64,000 nucleotides of DNA from Candidatus Latescibacterota bacterium (GTDB lineage: Bacteria > Latescibacterota > UBA2968), in assembly GCA_965205975.1 (NCBI GenBank), contig OZ242195.1:1184001-1248000 (forward strand). Reading direction: 5' to 3'. Within the stretch, counting starts at the first letter, position 1; the number at the start of each line of letters is the position of its first letter. A program made the position numbers and the translations under genes. Positions 8,834 to 18,954 of this stretch are shown here, in pieces. The notes beneath the pieces are model-generated. The model was not told where the DNA came from and did no database searches. It saw nothing but the letters and a program-made list of their open reading frames with translations.

Positions 8834-10026
8834 GGATAGTGATTGTAGTTCGCCATGTCATAAGGCTGCGTTGAGATTGCCCAACTGACGCCGAGTTCCG
8901 AGAAGAGTTTGCCGGTGTGAAAGCTGTGGTCTAACAGGTTGTCCAGGCCCTTGATGATGTGGAAGGTCGCGCCATCGCGTTTGACGCCTTTAATTTCACT
9001 GCGATCAACTGTGACGATATTGGGGCAGCTTTCGTGTGCGCCATTGACGCACAGGGTTTGTGCGCGTGCGACTTCTGGCGGGCACAGGGGGGTGGCGTTA
9101 TTTTGCATTACGTCGATGGCGTTGTGAAACGGGCCGTGGTGATCGCGCAAGTCGTGCTCTTCAAAGGATTCTGTGCTGCCGTCGTTATAGCGAATAATTG
9201 AACCTGGACGGCTCCATTCGACTGTTCCACGCTCGCATTGGAGTTGCATGAAGGGGTTGAAGTTTTCATGTGTGGAATGGGAGAGGCCGATGAGGACGTC
9301 AACGCCATTTGCCAAAATGCGGAGTACGGCTGTGTCGAGTGTCTGGATATCGCGTGCGCGATAGAGTTCGGCCTGTACGGTCTCGGGCATGGCCGATTCG
9401 TGATGGGTTGCGCCGCACAGGTACATGGCATTGTTGAGGTCGTGCGCCATGGCGTTGTTGATTGGGCTGTCGAGAACCCATGTGCCGTCGTCAAGTGTGA
9501 GTCGTCCTGCCCAGGTATTGCGGTTGTAATACAGGTTGTTGCGCGGCCATCCGCCTTTGATGCGAATGGCGTGCAACTTTCCCAGCCGCCCATCCAACAA
9601 GCGGGTTTTGATGGTCTGGATACTGGGTGCGTAGATCGATTGATATCCGATGAGCGCGATTTTGCCCGTTTTGTTTTTTATATTTATTAAGTGGTTGGCG
9701 TCCTGTACCGTGGCTGATAGTGGTTTTTCACAGATAACATTGAATCCCGCTTCGAGCGCTGCAACGGAATAGGGGACGTGATAGTGAATGCCAATAGGCA
9801 GGGTGACGTAGTCTATGCCTCCTGCGCTGAGGAGGTCGTCATAAGTGTCGTAAACGCGGACTTTGCGGGTTTTAAATTCGGCGAGTTTTTCGGGATGATT
9901 TTCCGGGTCAATAACAACGGCGGCATCAAGGCGTGCGCGTCCTTTTCGTTCGAGTGCTTCGACAGAGCGTACGTGTGTTTGGCCAAAACCGCCAATGCCA
10001 ACAATGCCAAATTTTACGGGGTTCAT
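8818..10026 (-). CDS. Gfo/Idh/MocA family oxidoreductase
   Basis: GIVGIGGFG Rossmann motif and CEKP; start at MNPVKFG after a GGAG RBS. Confidence 0.88.
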   Translation of the reverse strand: MNPVKFGIVGIGGFGQTHVRSVEALERKGRARLDAAVVIDPENHPEKLAEFKTRKVRVYDTYDDLLSAGGIDYVTLPIGIHYHVPYSVAALEAGFNVICEKPLSATVQDANHLINIKNKTGKIALIGYQSIYAPSIQTIKTRLLDGRLGKLHAIRIKGGWPRNNLYYNRNTWAGRLTLDDGTWVLDSPINNAMAHDLNNAMYLCGATHHESAMPETVQAELYRARDIQTLDTAVLRILANGVDVLIGLSHSTHENFNPFMQLQCERGTVEWSRPGSIIRYNDGSTESFEEHDLRDHHGPFHNAIDVMQNNATPLCPPEVARAQTLCVNGAHESCPNIVTVDRSEIKGVKRDGATFHIIKGLDNLLDHSFHTGKLFSELGVSWAISTQPYDMANYNHYPHGDK

Positions 10027-10112
10027 AAATTGCTCCTTTGTGAGAGAATAATAAAGAAAACAAAAGCCATTGCACGAGCAACTAAAATTAGTGGCACAAA
10101 TCTCAGGGGGAC

Positions 10113-11090
10113 ATGATGAAGGACATTTTATCTGTTGGGCTGATTGGTGCAGGTTCGAATGCGGGGGGACATGCACGCGGTATTGCGGCGAATGAGAATA
10201 TTCGTCTGGCGGCGGTTATGGATATTGACCCCAGTCGGGCAGAGGCTCTTGCGACTGAGCACAATGCCCGCGCTTATGGGGTGTTGGAGGATTTATTGAG
10301 TGATCCCGAAGTGGAGGCCGTACATGTGTGTTCGATCCACAAAGTACACGCCGAGCAGGTGATTGCCGCAGCGCGTGCTGGAAAACATGTGCTGGTTGAA
10401 AAGCCAATGGCACTGTCTGTAGCCGAATGCGATCGCATGATTGCGGCGTGTGAAGATGCCGGTGTGGTGCTGATGGTCGGGCAGGTGATGCGGCACTTTC
10501 CCGTGAATTTGAGGGTGAAGGCGCTGATTCAGGAGGGTGCAATTGGCGAGGTCGGGCACATGATCCGCAGGCGATACGGCAATTTTGATCCTCCGGACCG
10601 ATCCTGGTATCTCGATTTAGAATTGGGCGGTGTTTGTGTTTTGTATTGTTTTGGTCCGCACGAATACGATATTTTACCCTGGTATATCGATTCCCCCGTG
10701 GTTAAGGTATATTCGCAGGGCAGTGAAAGCGCAGAGCGGTACGCAGGGCAAAAGGATTCTTATTCGACGATTATGAATCACAAAGATGGTACAGTGAGTG
10801 TGCTGACGCAAACTGTGGTGACGCACACCAGCGCACATGATACGTATATTATGGGTAGTGAAGGGTCTATTTGGATGACCAATCAGAAATTGATGGTCAA
10901 TGGCAAAGAAGTGCCCATAGATGAGACCTCGCGGGTAGGGATGCCCAGTCAGATTGCCGAATTTGTAGATTGTTGTCTCAATGGAAAAGTACCCGATGCC
11001 AATGGCAGGTCTGTGCGGCATACGATGGCTGTGATTGAGGCGGTGAAGCTCAGTGCCGAGAGTGGTGAACCAGTGATGGTGGACGAATAG
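10113..11090 (+). CDS. Gfo/Idh/MocA family oxidoreductase
   Basis: GLIGAG and HVLVEKPMA motifs. Confidence 0.9.
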   Translation: MMKDILSVGLIGAGSNAGGHARGIAANENIRLAAVMDIDPSRAEALATEHNARAYGVLEDLLSDPEVEAVHVCSIHKVHAEQVIAAARAGKHVLVEKPMALSVAECDRMIAACEDAGVVLMVGQVMRHFPVNLRVKALIQEGAIGEVGHMIRRRYGNFDPPDRSWYLDLELGGVCVLYCFGPHEYDILPWYIDSPVVKVYSQGSESAERYAGQKDSYSTIMNHKDGTVSVLTQTVVTHTSAHDTYIMGSEGSIWMTNQKLMVNGKEVPIDETSRVGMPSQIAEFVDCCLNGKVPDANGRSVRHTMAVIEAVKLSAESGEPVMVDE

Positions 11091-11138
11091 ACGAATAGAC
11101 GAATAGACGAATAGACGAATAGATGAATAGACGAATGG
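11083..11138 (+). repeat. 8-mer tandem repeat (ACGAATAG)x~7 starting in the last codons and stop of the upstream gene
   Basis: Read directly. A related inverted unit (GATTCGTT)x~3 lies at 11170-11191. Confidence 0.9.
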
Positions 11139-11212
11139 CAATACATACTGATTTTGGGAGGATGGGTGGGATTCGTTGATTCGTTGATTCGCAAATTCGC
11201 AGGAGAGGATGT

Positions 11213-12673
11213 ATGAACCAACCCAATATAATCGTTATTATGAGCGATCAGATGAAGGCAACGGCGAGCCATTTATACGGCAGTGCGTTTTGTCAGACGC
11301 CGTCGTTAGAGCGGATGGCGAATGAGGGCGTGTTGTTCAAACACGCGGTTACGCCGCATCCGCTGTGTGTGCCGTGTCGCATTTCGTTTTGGACTTCGCA
11401 ATTTCCGCATTCGCACGGTGGGCGGCGAAATCAGACGCTGATGCCTGGGGATGCCACGCATGCGTTTAAGCTGTGGAAAGCGGCGGGGTATCGGTGTGGT
11501 CTGATTGGGAAAAATCACTGTTTTGAGGAAAAAAGCGATCTCGATTTGTTCGATGTGTGGTGTGAGATCGGACATGGCGGATTGCCCAGAGATGCCGCGA
11601 CAAAGGGGATGGATTGGTTTCGGTCTCGTGAGTCGATTGATGCAGCACATGCGGTGAGAAGGAATTTGCCGGATATTAGTCCGCAGTTTTCATACTCGGT
11701 TAGCGATTTTCCGCTGGAGGATTATTCGACCGGTTTGGTGGCGGGACAGACTGTGCGGTTTTTGGAGCAATTTGGCAATGATCCGTTCGCGCTGTGGGTT
11801 TCCATTCCCGATCCTCATACGCCGTATGAATGTCCCGAGCGGTATGCGATTGCACCCGATAATGTGGTGATGCCACCCTGGCGAGTGGATGAGTATAGCG
11901 ATGGTACAGCACCCGAACGCAACCGGGTATTGCATGCGATGATTGGGGTGGAAGAGGATCCGATTGAAGACGTAAAGGGTTGCGTGGGGGTGTATCACGG
12001 GATGGTGCGTTTTTTGGACGATGGCGTGGGGCGGATTTTGGATGCGCTGGATCGGCTCAATTTGCGCGAAAATACGATTGTGATTTTTTGTGCCGATCAC
12101 GGCGATTTTTCGGGCGAACACGCGCAGATCGCCAAGGGTGGCGCGTTTTACGATTGTCTGACGCGCGTGCCGCTTATCGTGTCGTGGCCGGGGCAGATTC
12201 CGCAGGGTGTGGTGGATGAGAGTTGTGTCAATTTGATCGATATTGTGCCGACGATTTTGCAATTGCAGGGGCACGATGTGCCGCGTTCTATGCACGGGGA
12301 GGGGTTGCCCACGGTTACGGATACCGCACCGAGAGATGCGGCGTTTTCAGAATACGGCGCAGGTGGACCGGCATTTACAATGGCGGATTTGGAACAGTTT
12401 GAGAAGCCCTGGGGGCGGCGGGCTATTGCACAGTCTTTGCAATGGCGCGAGGCTGAAGGGCGCCGCAAGATGGTGCGTACTGCCGAATGGAAGTACGTGC
12501 ATGATCAGATGGGGGATCTGGATGAGTTGTACGATCTGGTAAACGATCCGTGGGAATTGTACAATGTGATGGATAATGCCGGCCACCGCGATATCATCGC
12601 AGATTTACAATTAAAATTGGCGGATTGGAGTATTCGCACAGAAGATGCGAGACCCGTTCCAATGCCGGAGTGA
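11213..12673 (+). CDS. Sulfatase (S1, Cys-type)
   Basis: PNIIVIMSDQ, CVPCR (CxPxR), GKNH, ADHG. Confidence 0.92.
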   Translation: MNQPNIIVIMSDQMKATASHLYGSAFCQTPSLERMANEGVLFKHAVTPHPLCVPCRISFWTSQFPHSHGGRRNQTLMPGDATHAFKLWKAAGYRCGLIGKNHCFEEKSDLDLFDVWCEIGHGGLPRDAATKGMDWFRSRESIDAAHAVRRNLPDISPQFSYSVSDFPLEDYSTGLVAGQTVRFLEQFGNDPFALWVSIPDPHTPYECPERYAIAPDNVVMPPWRVDEYSDGTAPERNRVLHAMIGVEEDPIEDVKGCVGVYHGMVRFLDDGVGRILDALDRLNLRENTIVIFCADHGDFSGEHAQIAKGGAFYDCLTRVPLIVSWPGQIPQGVVDESCVNLIDIVPTILQLQGHDVPRSMHGEGLPTVTDTAPRDAAFSEYGAGGPAFTMADLEQFEKPWGRRAIAQSLQWREAEGRRKMVRTAEWKYVHDQMGDLDELYDLVNDPWELYNVMDNAGHRDIIADLQLKLADWSIRTEDARPVPMPE

Positions 12674-12684
12674 GGGATATAACT

Positions 12685-13635
12685 ATGAGCCAACCGCATC
12701 CGGAAATACAGAAATTCGTACAGACATTTGAAAACGCGATGCACGAGGATGGTCTGACTGATTTGCACAGCGGAGGGGTGGCAGCCGCAAGAACTTTTAA
12801 CGATTCGCGCAAAATGCCAGATGATATGTTGCCGCCTATTTATCATGTGGAAGATAGCGCTATTTCAGGTGAAACGGGGGAGATCCCCATTCGCATTTAT
12901 CGCCCCAATGAAGATCAAGAATTGCCGCTTCTCATGTGGTTTCACGGCGGGGGATGGGTGCTGGGCGATCTGGATACTGGGGAGTTTAAATGCAGAAAAC
13001 TCGCGCATGATGTGGGGTGTGTTGTCGTTTCGGTCGATTACCGCCGTGCGCCAGAAACGCCTTTCCCTGGTGCAATTGACGATTGTTTTGCCGCTACGTT
13101 ATGGGCGGCGTCTTCAGCGGATGAATTGGGGGTTGATCCGTCCCACATTGCCGTGGCTGGCGATAGTGCCGGGGGCAATCTGGCCGCCTGTGTCGCTCTT
13201 CGCGCCCGAGATGCGGGATTAAATCTCGTTTTTCAATTGCTCGTTTATCCCGTTATTGAGGCAAATTTTGATCGTACCTCTTATTCTGATAATGCCGAAG
13301 GGTATTTGCTCACGGCCAGTGCGATGAAGTGGTTCTGGGATTGTTATGTTCCCAATATCGCAGACCGCAACCATCCCGATGTCGCGCCCATTTGCGCTTC
13401 TGATCTGTCTGGCTTGCCGCCCGCGCTGGTTATGACCGCTGAATTTGACCCTCTCCGCGATGAGGCTGAAGATTATGGCCAGGCCTTAAAAGCCGCAGGT
13501 GTTGACACTGTCACACGGCGGTATATTGGTATGACGCATGCGTTTTATATGTTGCCAACTGAAACTCCGGTTGCTGAAATTGACGCGGCGACCGATGAAT
13601 CTACTGAGGCATTGCGCTGGGCTTTTAATAAGTAG
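12685..13635 (+). CDS. Alpha/beta hydrolase, HSL-family esterase
   Basis: HGGGW, GDSAGG, DPLRDE, THAF. Confidence 0.92.
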   Translation: MSQPHPEIQKFVQTFENAMHEDGLTDLHSGGVAAARTFNDSRKMPDDMLPPIYHVEDSAISGETGEIPIRIYRPNEDQELPLLMWFHGGGWVLGDLDTGEFKCRKLAHDVGCVVVSVDYRRAPETPFPGAIDDCFAATLWAASSADELGVDPSHIAVAGDSAGGNLAACVALRARDAGLNLVFQLLVYPVIEANFDRTSYSDNAEGYLLTASAMKWFWDCYVPNIADRNHPDVAPICASDLSGLPPALVMTAEFDPLRDEAEDYGQALKAAGVDTVTRRYIGMTHAFYMLPTETPVAEIDAATDESTEALRWAFNK

Positions 13636-13676
13636 TCAATTTCCTCACGCGACTGATCAACAACAGGAGACCATAT

Positions 13677-14741
13677 ATGTCGTCATTAAAAGAACAATAC
13701 GTAGAAGAGGGATACCTCGTTGTCAAAGATGTGCTCAATCCCGAGCAGGACATTTATCCGTTGCAAAAAGCCTATTCTGCGCTCCTTGATGCGCTAGCGC
13801 GGATTTATCTGGTTGAGACTGATTCTGAGGCACTGGATAGATTTGATGAGATGTCTTTGCCCGAGCGGTTTGCGATGTCGCTCGGAGCCAGTCGGGGAAC
13901 GGTTTTGCACCATCTCGATCCCGTGCTGAATATCTTTGTTTCGACTTTTCAGTGGCGCAGAGACCTGCCAGATGCGCGGATTCCCGAAATGTTTGCTCTT
14001 ATGCGCCATCCAAAAGTCTTAGATGTTTTGGAAGTTCTTATCGGGCCGGAGATAGCTGCGTCGCCGATTTACCATTTTAATCTCAAACTCGCGCCCGATC
14101 ATCTCAAGCTGGCAGATCAGGTGGCAGAGTCTGTGGGTGCAGATCTATCAAAGGAAGGGTTTTATACATTTCAGGTGGGCAAAACAGGATGGCACATGGA
14201 CGCCGGTTCGGGCCTGAGAGATTCTCATGAGAGCGAGATTATCAATGCGTGGATTCCGATTACCCATGCGACCAAAGAAAATGGCTGCTTGGTGGTCATT
14301 CCCGGCAGTCACAAAGAAGGCGTCAAATACCATCCTTTTCCAGAAGATCTCGATGCGCAGGGAATTACTCTGCCCGTTGAGCCTGGAGATATTGTTTTTT
14401 TAGATAATAAAGTGATGCACAGTTCTACGCCCAACACGAGTCGTGAAGATTATCGCTGGGCTTATAATTTCCGTTATTTGCCTATTGGGCAACCCTCTGG
14501 TCGTCCGTTTATACCGGGTTTTGTTGCACGCAGCCGCTCGGCTCCAGAAACAGAATTACACAATGCCTATGTATGGAGCGCAATGTGGGTTCGCTGTCTG
14601 GATTATCTCACTGAAAAGGGCGCGCCCGCATCTTATGAAGACAGGAGCAAAATGGGCCTTGAAGAAGCGCAGGCGATTACCAGCCACTGGCGCGAACTCG
14701 CCCCCGATGTGGATGGTTGGTTGAGCCTGGGGAAGGATTGA
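13677..14741 (+). CDS. Phytanoyl-CoA dioxygenase (PhyH) family Fe(II)/2OG oxygenase
   Basis: WHMD...NAWIP...ENGCLVVIPGSH...GDIVF...HSSTPN...R. Confidence 0.88.
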   Translation: MSSLKEQYVEEGYLVVKDVLNPEQDIYPLQKAYSALLDALARIYLVETDSEALDRFDEMSLPERFAMSLGASRGTVLHHLDPVLNIFVSTFQWRRDLPDARIPEMFALMRHPKVLDVLEVLIGPEIAASPIYHFNLKLAPDHLKLADQVAESVGADLSKEGFYTFQVGKTGWHMDAGSGLRDSHESEIINAWIPITHATKENGCLVVIPGSHKEGVKYHPFPEDLDAQGITLPVEPGDIVFLDNKVMHSSTPNTSREDYRWAYNFRYLPIGQPSGRPFIPGFVARSRSAPETELHNAYVWSAMWVRCLDYLTEKGAPASYEDRSKMGLEEAQAITSHWRELAPDVDGWLSLGKD

Positions 14742-14742
14742 T

Positions 14743-15702
14743 ATGGAGAAGGTAAAAATTGGTATTATTGGTCTCGGCTCTTTTTGTGCGGGCTATCATA
14801 TTCCGAATTTGCTCAAGAGGTCGGATGTGGAGGTTACCGCGGTTTGCGATATTTCTCAGGAGTGTTTGGACGGGCGCAATAGGGGGTTGCGGGATAGTCG
14901 GGTATTTACGGATTACCGCGATATGCTCGATCCGGATTTGATTGATGGGGTTTTTGTCAGTACGCCCAATCGGGCGCATTTCGCGTCCTGCAAGTTGGCA
15001 CTTGAGCACGGTATTCCGGCGATTGTCGATAAACCGATTACAGTGACTTTGGAGGATGCCGAGGAACTCGTGGCGTTGAGCAAGTCGCAAAATTGCATTT
15101 TGATGACGGCGTTTACACGCCATTTTATGTCCAGCACTGAGTACGTGCGCAGGCAAATTGCATCGGGGGCTGTCACCCCACAAATGCTCACGGCTGTCCA
15201 GCGGCAAAGTCCTGTCAAGCGCGGTATCGAAGACGGGGGCATGTTGCATCGGCGCACGATTCACATTACAGATGTTTTGCCGTGGATCACGGGCAAGCGC
15301 GTGGTCAGAGTAGAGGGAAAAATTCAATACGAGACCGGGCATATAGAGGAAACGCTGGTCGATATGCGTCTCGAATTTGAAGGGGGGTTGTGTGCCAGTC
15401 TGCTCTGTATCAAGACCTGCGACGAAAATCAGGATGAAGTCAACATATATACTGACAAGCAGAGTTATCGCCTGGAACGCGAACGCCTCTACACGATTAA
15501 GCGCAGGGATGGCTGGCAACGCGTGGAGAACCTGCCGGAGTACGGCAATTCGAGTGATCATTTTGTCGAGATGATTAAAGGCAATCGTCCCGAATCCGAT
15601 GCCCCTTACGCCGATCGGCACAGCGAAGATGGCCTCCAGGCACTGCGCGTTGTTTTTGCCATTCACAAAGCGGCTCAAACAGGGCGTGTGGTAGAGGTGT
15701 AG
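14743..15702 (+). CDS. Gfo/Idh/MocA family oxidoreductase
   Basis: GIIGLG, STPNRAH, DKP. Confidence 0.88.
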   Translation: MEKVKIGIIGLGSFCAGYHIPNLLKRSDVEVTAVCDISQECLDGRNRGLRDSRVFTDYRDMLDPDLIDGVFVSTPNRAHFASCKLALEHGIPAIVDKPITVTLEDAEELVALSKSQNCILMTAFTRHFMSSTEYVRRQIASGAVTPQMLTAVQRQSPVKRGIEDGGMLHRRTIHITDVLPWITGKRVVRVEGKIQYETGHIEETLVDMRLEFEGGLCASLLCIKTCDENQDEVNIYTDKQSYRLERERLYTIKRRDGWQRVENLPEYGNSSDHFVEMIKGNRPESDAPYADRHSEDGLQALRVVFAIHKAAQTGRVVEV

Positions 15703-15762
15703 TAGGGACAAAAAATTGAAAATCGTTTAGCGCAAGTACACACCTATAATAGGAAACTGCTA

Positions 15763-17253
15763 ATGCCTTCTCAACCGAATATCGTTTTTATTCACGCCGA
15801 GAGCATGGATGGGCGAAAGATGGGCTGTATGGGCCATCCCGCCATGCAAAATGCCACGCCCAATATGGATCGCCTCGCCAGTGATGGGGTTCTGTTCACC
15901 AATGCGTACACCAATTGTCCGGTGTGCAATCCGTCGCGGGCGAGCATGTGGAGTGGAAAATATCCCAATTATTACGATTGTTGGAATAATCACGAAGGGT
16001 TGCACGAGAATGTGCCCACGTACCAAAATACATTTGAGAGCGCGGGCTACCAGACCTCTGCCATCGGTCCTATAGACTACGCCTATGGCAAACACTCTAT
16101 TCGCGATCGCATTGGCTCGTGGACGCGTGCGGCCAATATTCGCCGGCCTTTGTGTCGCACGATCTTGCCGCAAGTTGTAGATGATGGCAAGGCCAATGGG
16201 CGCGATTGGGACCGGACGTATCAGGCTGTTGATCAACTGCATCAATACGCGAGGAGTGACCGGCCTTTTTGGCTTTATCTCACTACGGGATTGGTGCATC
16301 CCGCATTTACTGCTGAGAAACGCCACATGCCATTGATCGATGCGGATAATGTCGATATTCCGCCAACGTTGATGCCGCTCGAAGATACGCACAATGAAGC
16401 TATTGCTTACCAGCGCGTGACCAAAAATTGCGATAAACAGTTCTCTGAGAATATTGTTCGAGAGATTCGGCATACGTACTTTGCGATGATCGCCGCGCTC
16501 GATGAGATGGTCGGTCGGGTGCTTCAGACCGTCGATGATCTGGGGTTGCGCGATAATACGTATGTCATTTTTTCGAGCGATCACGGCGAAATGGCTGGCG
16601 ATCAAAATCAGATTCTCAAGCGTTCGATGTACGAGGCATCATCCCACGTTCCTCTCATTATTCGCGGTCCCGATGTGCAAAAAGGCGTTGTCGTCGATAC
16701 GCCCGTTTCTCTCGTTGATCTATATCCCACATTTATGGATATGGCGCGTATTCGCTATGACGATTATGCGGATAATGCAGCATATCCCGATACGCTAGAC
16801 GGCGAATCTCTATTTCCGCAACTCGTCGAGGGGACGGCACGCAAACGCGATTGGGCGATGTGCGAATACCACGGTGATCGCTGTGCCACAGGCACGTTTA
16901 TGTTGCGCCAGGGCGACTGGAAATACGTCAAGCACACGGGTTTTGAATCCGAACTCTTCAATCTCAAGGACGACCCCGACGAAACCACGGATCTCGTCCA
17001 CGAGAAACCTGAAAACGCCCGCGAATTGGATCAGGTGTTGACCAGCAATTTTGATTGCGAAGGCATTGATGCGCGGGCGAAAGAGTACGACCGCAGAAGT
17101 TTTGTCGCATGGCGCGAGCAGGCGCAAAAAGAAGGTATTTATGAGGATACAATGGCGCTCGTCTATAGCGGTCATGATCGCATTTGTATTGAGGATATTG
17201 CGCCGTGGACAGATGGGGATGAACAGCAGATTGAAGCGTGGCTGGACGAATAG
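15763..17253 (+). CDS. Sulfatase (S1, choline-sulfatase-like)
   Basis: PNIVFI, CNPSR, SDHGE, KRSMYE. Confidence 0.9.
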   Translation: MPSQPNIVFIHAESMDGRKMGCMGHPAMQNATPNMDRLASDGVLFTNAYTNCPVCNPSRASMWSGKYPNYYDCWNNHEGLHENVPTYQNTFESAGYQTSAIGPIDYAYGKHSIRDRIGSWTRAANIRRPLCRTILPQVVDDGKANGRDWDRTYQAVDQLHQYARSDRPFWLYLTTGLVHPAFTAEKRHMPLIDADNVDIPPTLMPLEDTHNEAIAYQRVTKNCDKQFSENIVREIRHTYFAMIAALDEMVGRVLQTVDDLGLRDNTYVIFSSDHGEMAGDQNQILKRSMYEASSHVPLIIRGPDVQKGVVVDTPVSLVDLYPTFMDMARIRYDDYADNAAYPDTLDGESLFPQLVEGTARKRDWAMCEYHGDRCATGTFMLRQGDWKYVKHTGFESELFNLKDDPDETTDLVHEKPENARELDQVLTSNFDCEGIDARAKEYDRRSFVAWREQAQKEGIYEDTMALVYSGHDRICIEDIAPWTDGDEQQIEAWLDE

Positions 17254-17292
17254 ACGGAGCGATGTACAACTGGCCGTTTCTCAGGCCAGTTC

Positions 17293-17319
17293 ATAGACGA
17301 ATAGACGAATAGACGAATA
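17293..17319 (+). repeat. (ATAGACGA)x~3, the same 8-mer as at 11083
   Basis: Read directly; the upstream gene again ends GAC GAA TAG. Confidence 0.85.
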
Positions 17320-17324
17320 CTAAC

Positions 17325-17684
17325 ATGCCTATTGCACTTCTTATTGTCGATCACGGTTCGAGGCGCGAAGAAGCCAATCAGATGCTTTACGGCGTTGCCG
17401 ATATTTTGCGTCAAGAACGCCCCGAGATCATTGTCCACATCGCGCACATGGAACTGGCTGAGCCTACTATCAGCCAGGGCATTGATGCGTGTGTGCGCGA
17501 GGGGGCGAGTGAGATCGTTGTTCATCCCTACATGCTATCTCCCGGACGCCATGCCACGGAGGATATTCCGCGTATGGCAACAGAAGCGGGGGCTGCATAT
17601 CCAGATGTACGTATCCGCGTTACCGAACCTCTTGGCTTGCACGAAAAACTCTGCGAGGTTATTCTCCAACGCGCCGGGTTGTGA
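17325..17684 (+). CDS. Small CbiX/SirB-type sirohydrochlorin chelatase
   Basis: VDHGSR, MELAEP, PYMLSPGRH..DIP, EPLG. Confidence 0.88.
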   Translation: MPIALLIVDHGSRREEANQMLYGVADILRQERPEIIVHIAHMELAEPTISQGIDACVREGASEIVVHPYMLSPGRHATEDIPRMATEAGAAYPDVRIRVTEPLGLHEKLCEVILQRAGL

Positions 17685-17699
17685 GGGGAAGACGATTCT

Positions 17700-18896
17700 A
17701 TGTCCACAGAAACCGCGCCATCTTTTCGTTCTGACTCAAGCGGGACTTTGCGCCCTGTTTTTTATATTACTGCTGCACACATGGCGTTGGATTTTTACAT
17801 GGTCCTCACGCCGCCATTGTGGGCTTTTTTTCAGAGTCATTTCAATCTCACGGTGGCGCAGTTTGCCTATTTGCCCACGGTGATTGTCTTTTGCGGTTCT
17901 ATCACGCAGCCCTTTATGGGCTATTTTAGCGATGGACGTGACCGCATGGCCCTCGTTGCACTGGGGCTTTTTATTACGGGTATTTTTGTCTCTTGCATCG
18001 GTTTTGCGCCCAGCGCTTATATACTCGCTGTTTTTTTAATTTTTGCGTCTTTTGGGTCCTCTCTTTTTCATCCCACCGCCGGGGGATTGGTTACGGCTTT
18101 AACGCCGCATCGAGCTAATCTGGCTATGGCCATCTTTCTCACAGGGGGGACGCTCGGCATGGCACTCGCTTCGATTACCGGAACGCAAATTGTCGAGCGA
18201 TACGGCATCCAATATCTGTGGCTTATTGTCATTCCCGTCTTATTTCTCGCACCATTTATCCTGTGGCAGTCTCGAAAAGTCCCCGTGCATGAACGCCGCG
18301 TAACCGCGGGTAAAATCGATTTCTCCATTTTGAAAAAAACCCGTTCTCTGTGGACGCTTTTTGCTATTAGTGTTTTGCGCTCTATCGTTCACACGGGGTT
18401 TGTCAGTTTTACAGCTATTTTGGGGGCGTCTCGCGGTTGGGCTACCAGTGATATCGGCTGGGTTTTTTCCTGTTATTTGCTTGCCAGCACGCTGGGGCGC
18501 ATAACGGGTGGCTATCTGGCAGATCGCATGTCTCAGCGCAAACTTCTGGCTTTTTCGTGCGCTTCATCCGCAATTTTTCACGCTGGTTTTTGCCTGACAG
18601 ACGGATACGTGTCGCTTATTTCATTTTTTGTGGCGGGATATTTATTCGATCTCGGTATTACGACGAATATCTCTTTGGCGCAACGCGCCTTGCCGCACAA
18701 TACCAGTACGGCGACTGGGTTGGTGATGGGTTTTTCATGGGGCATGGCGGGCCTTGCCATGATTGGCGTGGGGAGTCTTGCGGAGTGGACTTCTACTGCT
18801 ACTGCGCTTACGGTTGTCTCTATGGTACTCATCCCGGCAACACTTATGGTTGCACTGCTGCCTTCTGAGTATGGTGAGGTTAGAAGAAAAAAGTAA
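17700..18896 (+). CDS. MFS transporter (Fsr-like)
   Basis: About 12 hydrophobic segments, QPFMGYFSD, LFHP, GGYLADR. Confidence 0.85.
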   Translation: MSTETAPSFRSDSSGTLRPVFYITAAHMALDFYMVLTPPLWAFFQSHFNLTVAQFAYLPTVIVFCGSITQPFMGYFSDGRDRMALVALGLFITGIFVSCIGFAPSAYILAVFLIFASFGSSLFHPTAGGLVTALTPHRANLAMAIFLTGGTLGMALASITGTQIVERYGIQYLWLIVIPVLFLAPFILWQSRKVPVHERRVTAGKIDFSILKKTRSLWTLFAISVLRSIVHTGFVSFTAILGASRGWATSDIGWVFSCYLLASTLGRITGGYLADRMSQRKLLAFSCASSAIFHAGFCLTDGYVSLISFFVAGYLFDLGITTNISLAQRALPHNTSTATGLVMGFSWGMAGLAMIGVGSLAEWTSTATALTVVSMVLIPATLMVALLPSEYGEVRRKK

Positions 18897-18908
18897 AAGG
18901 CGAGGTGA

Positions 18909-18940
18909 ATCCGCAGATGGCGCAGATGAACGCAGATTAA
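18909..18940 (+). repeat. Intergenic CGCAGAT-core short repeat (3 units)
   Basis: ATCCGCAGATGGCGCAGATGAACGCAGATTAA; a second copy lies at 61302-61324. Confidence 0.75.
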
Positions 18941-18954
18941 AAACGAGAGGTGGG

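Noticed and set aside
11083..11138. Possible CRISPR array
   Set aside because: The units are contiguous 8-mers with no spacers, and there are no cas genes in the window.
18763..18954. N-terminal extensions in the ORF track (also 2611-2802, 10027-10176, 44689-44826, 48719-48901)
   Set aside because: They overlap neighbouring genes or repeats; downstream starts with an RBS or signal peptide fit better.
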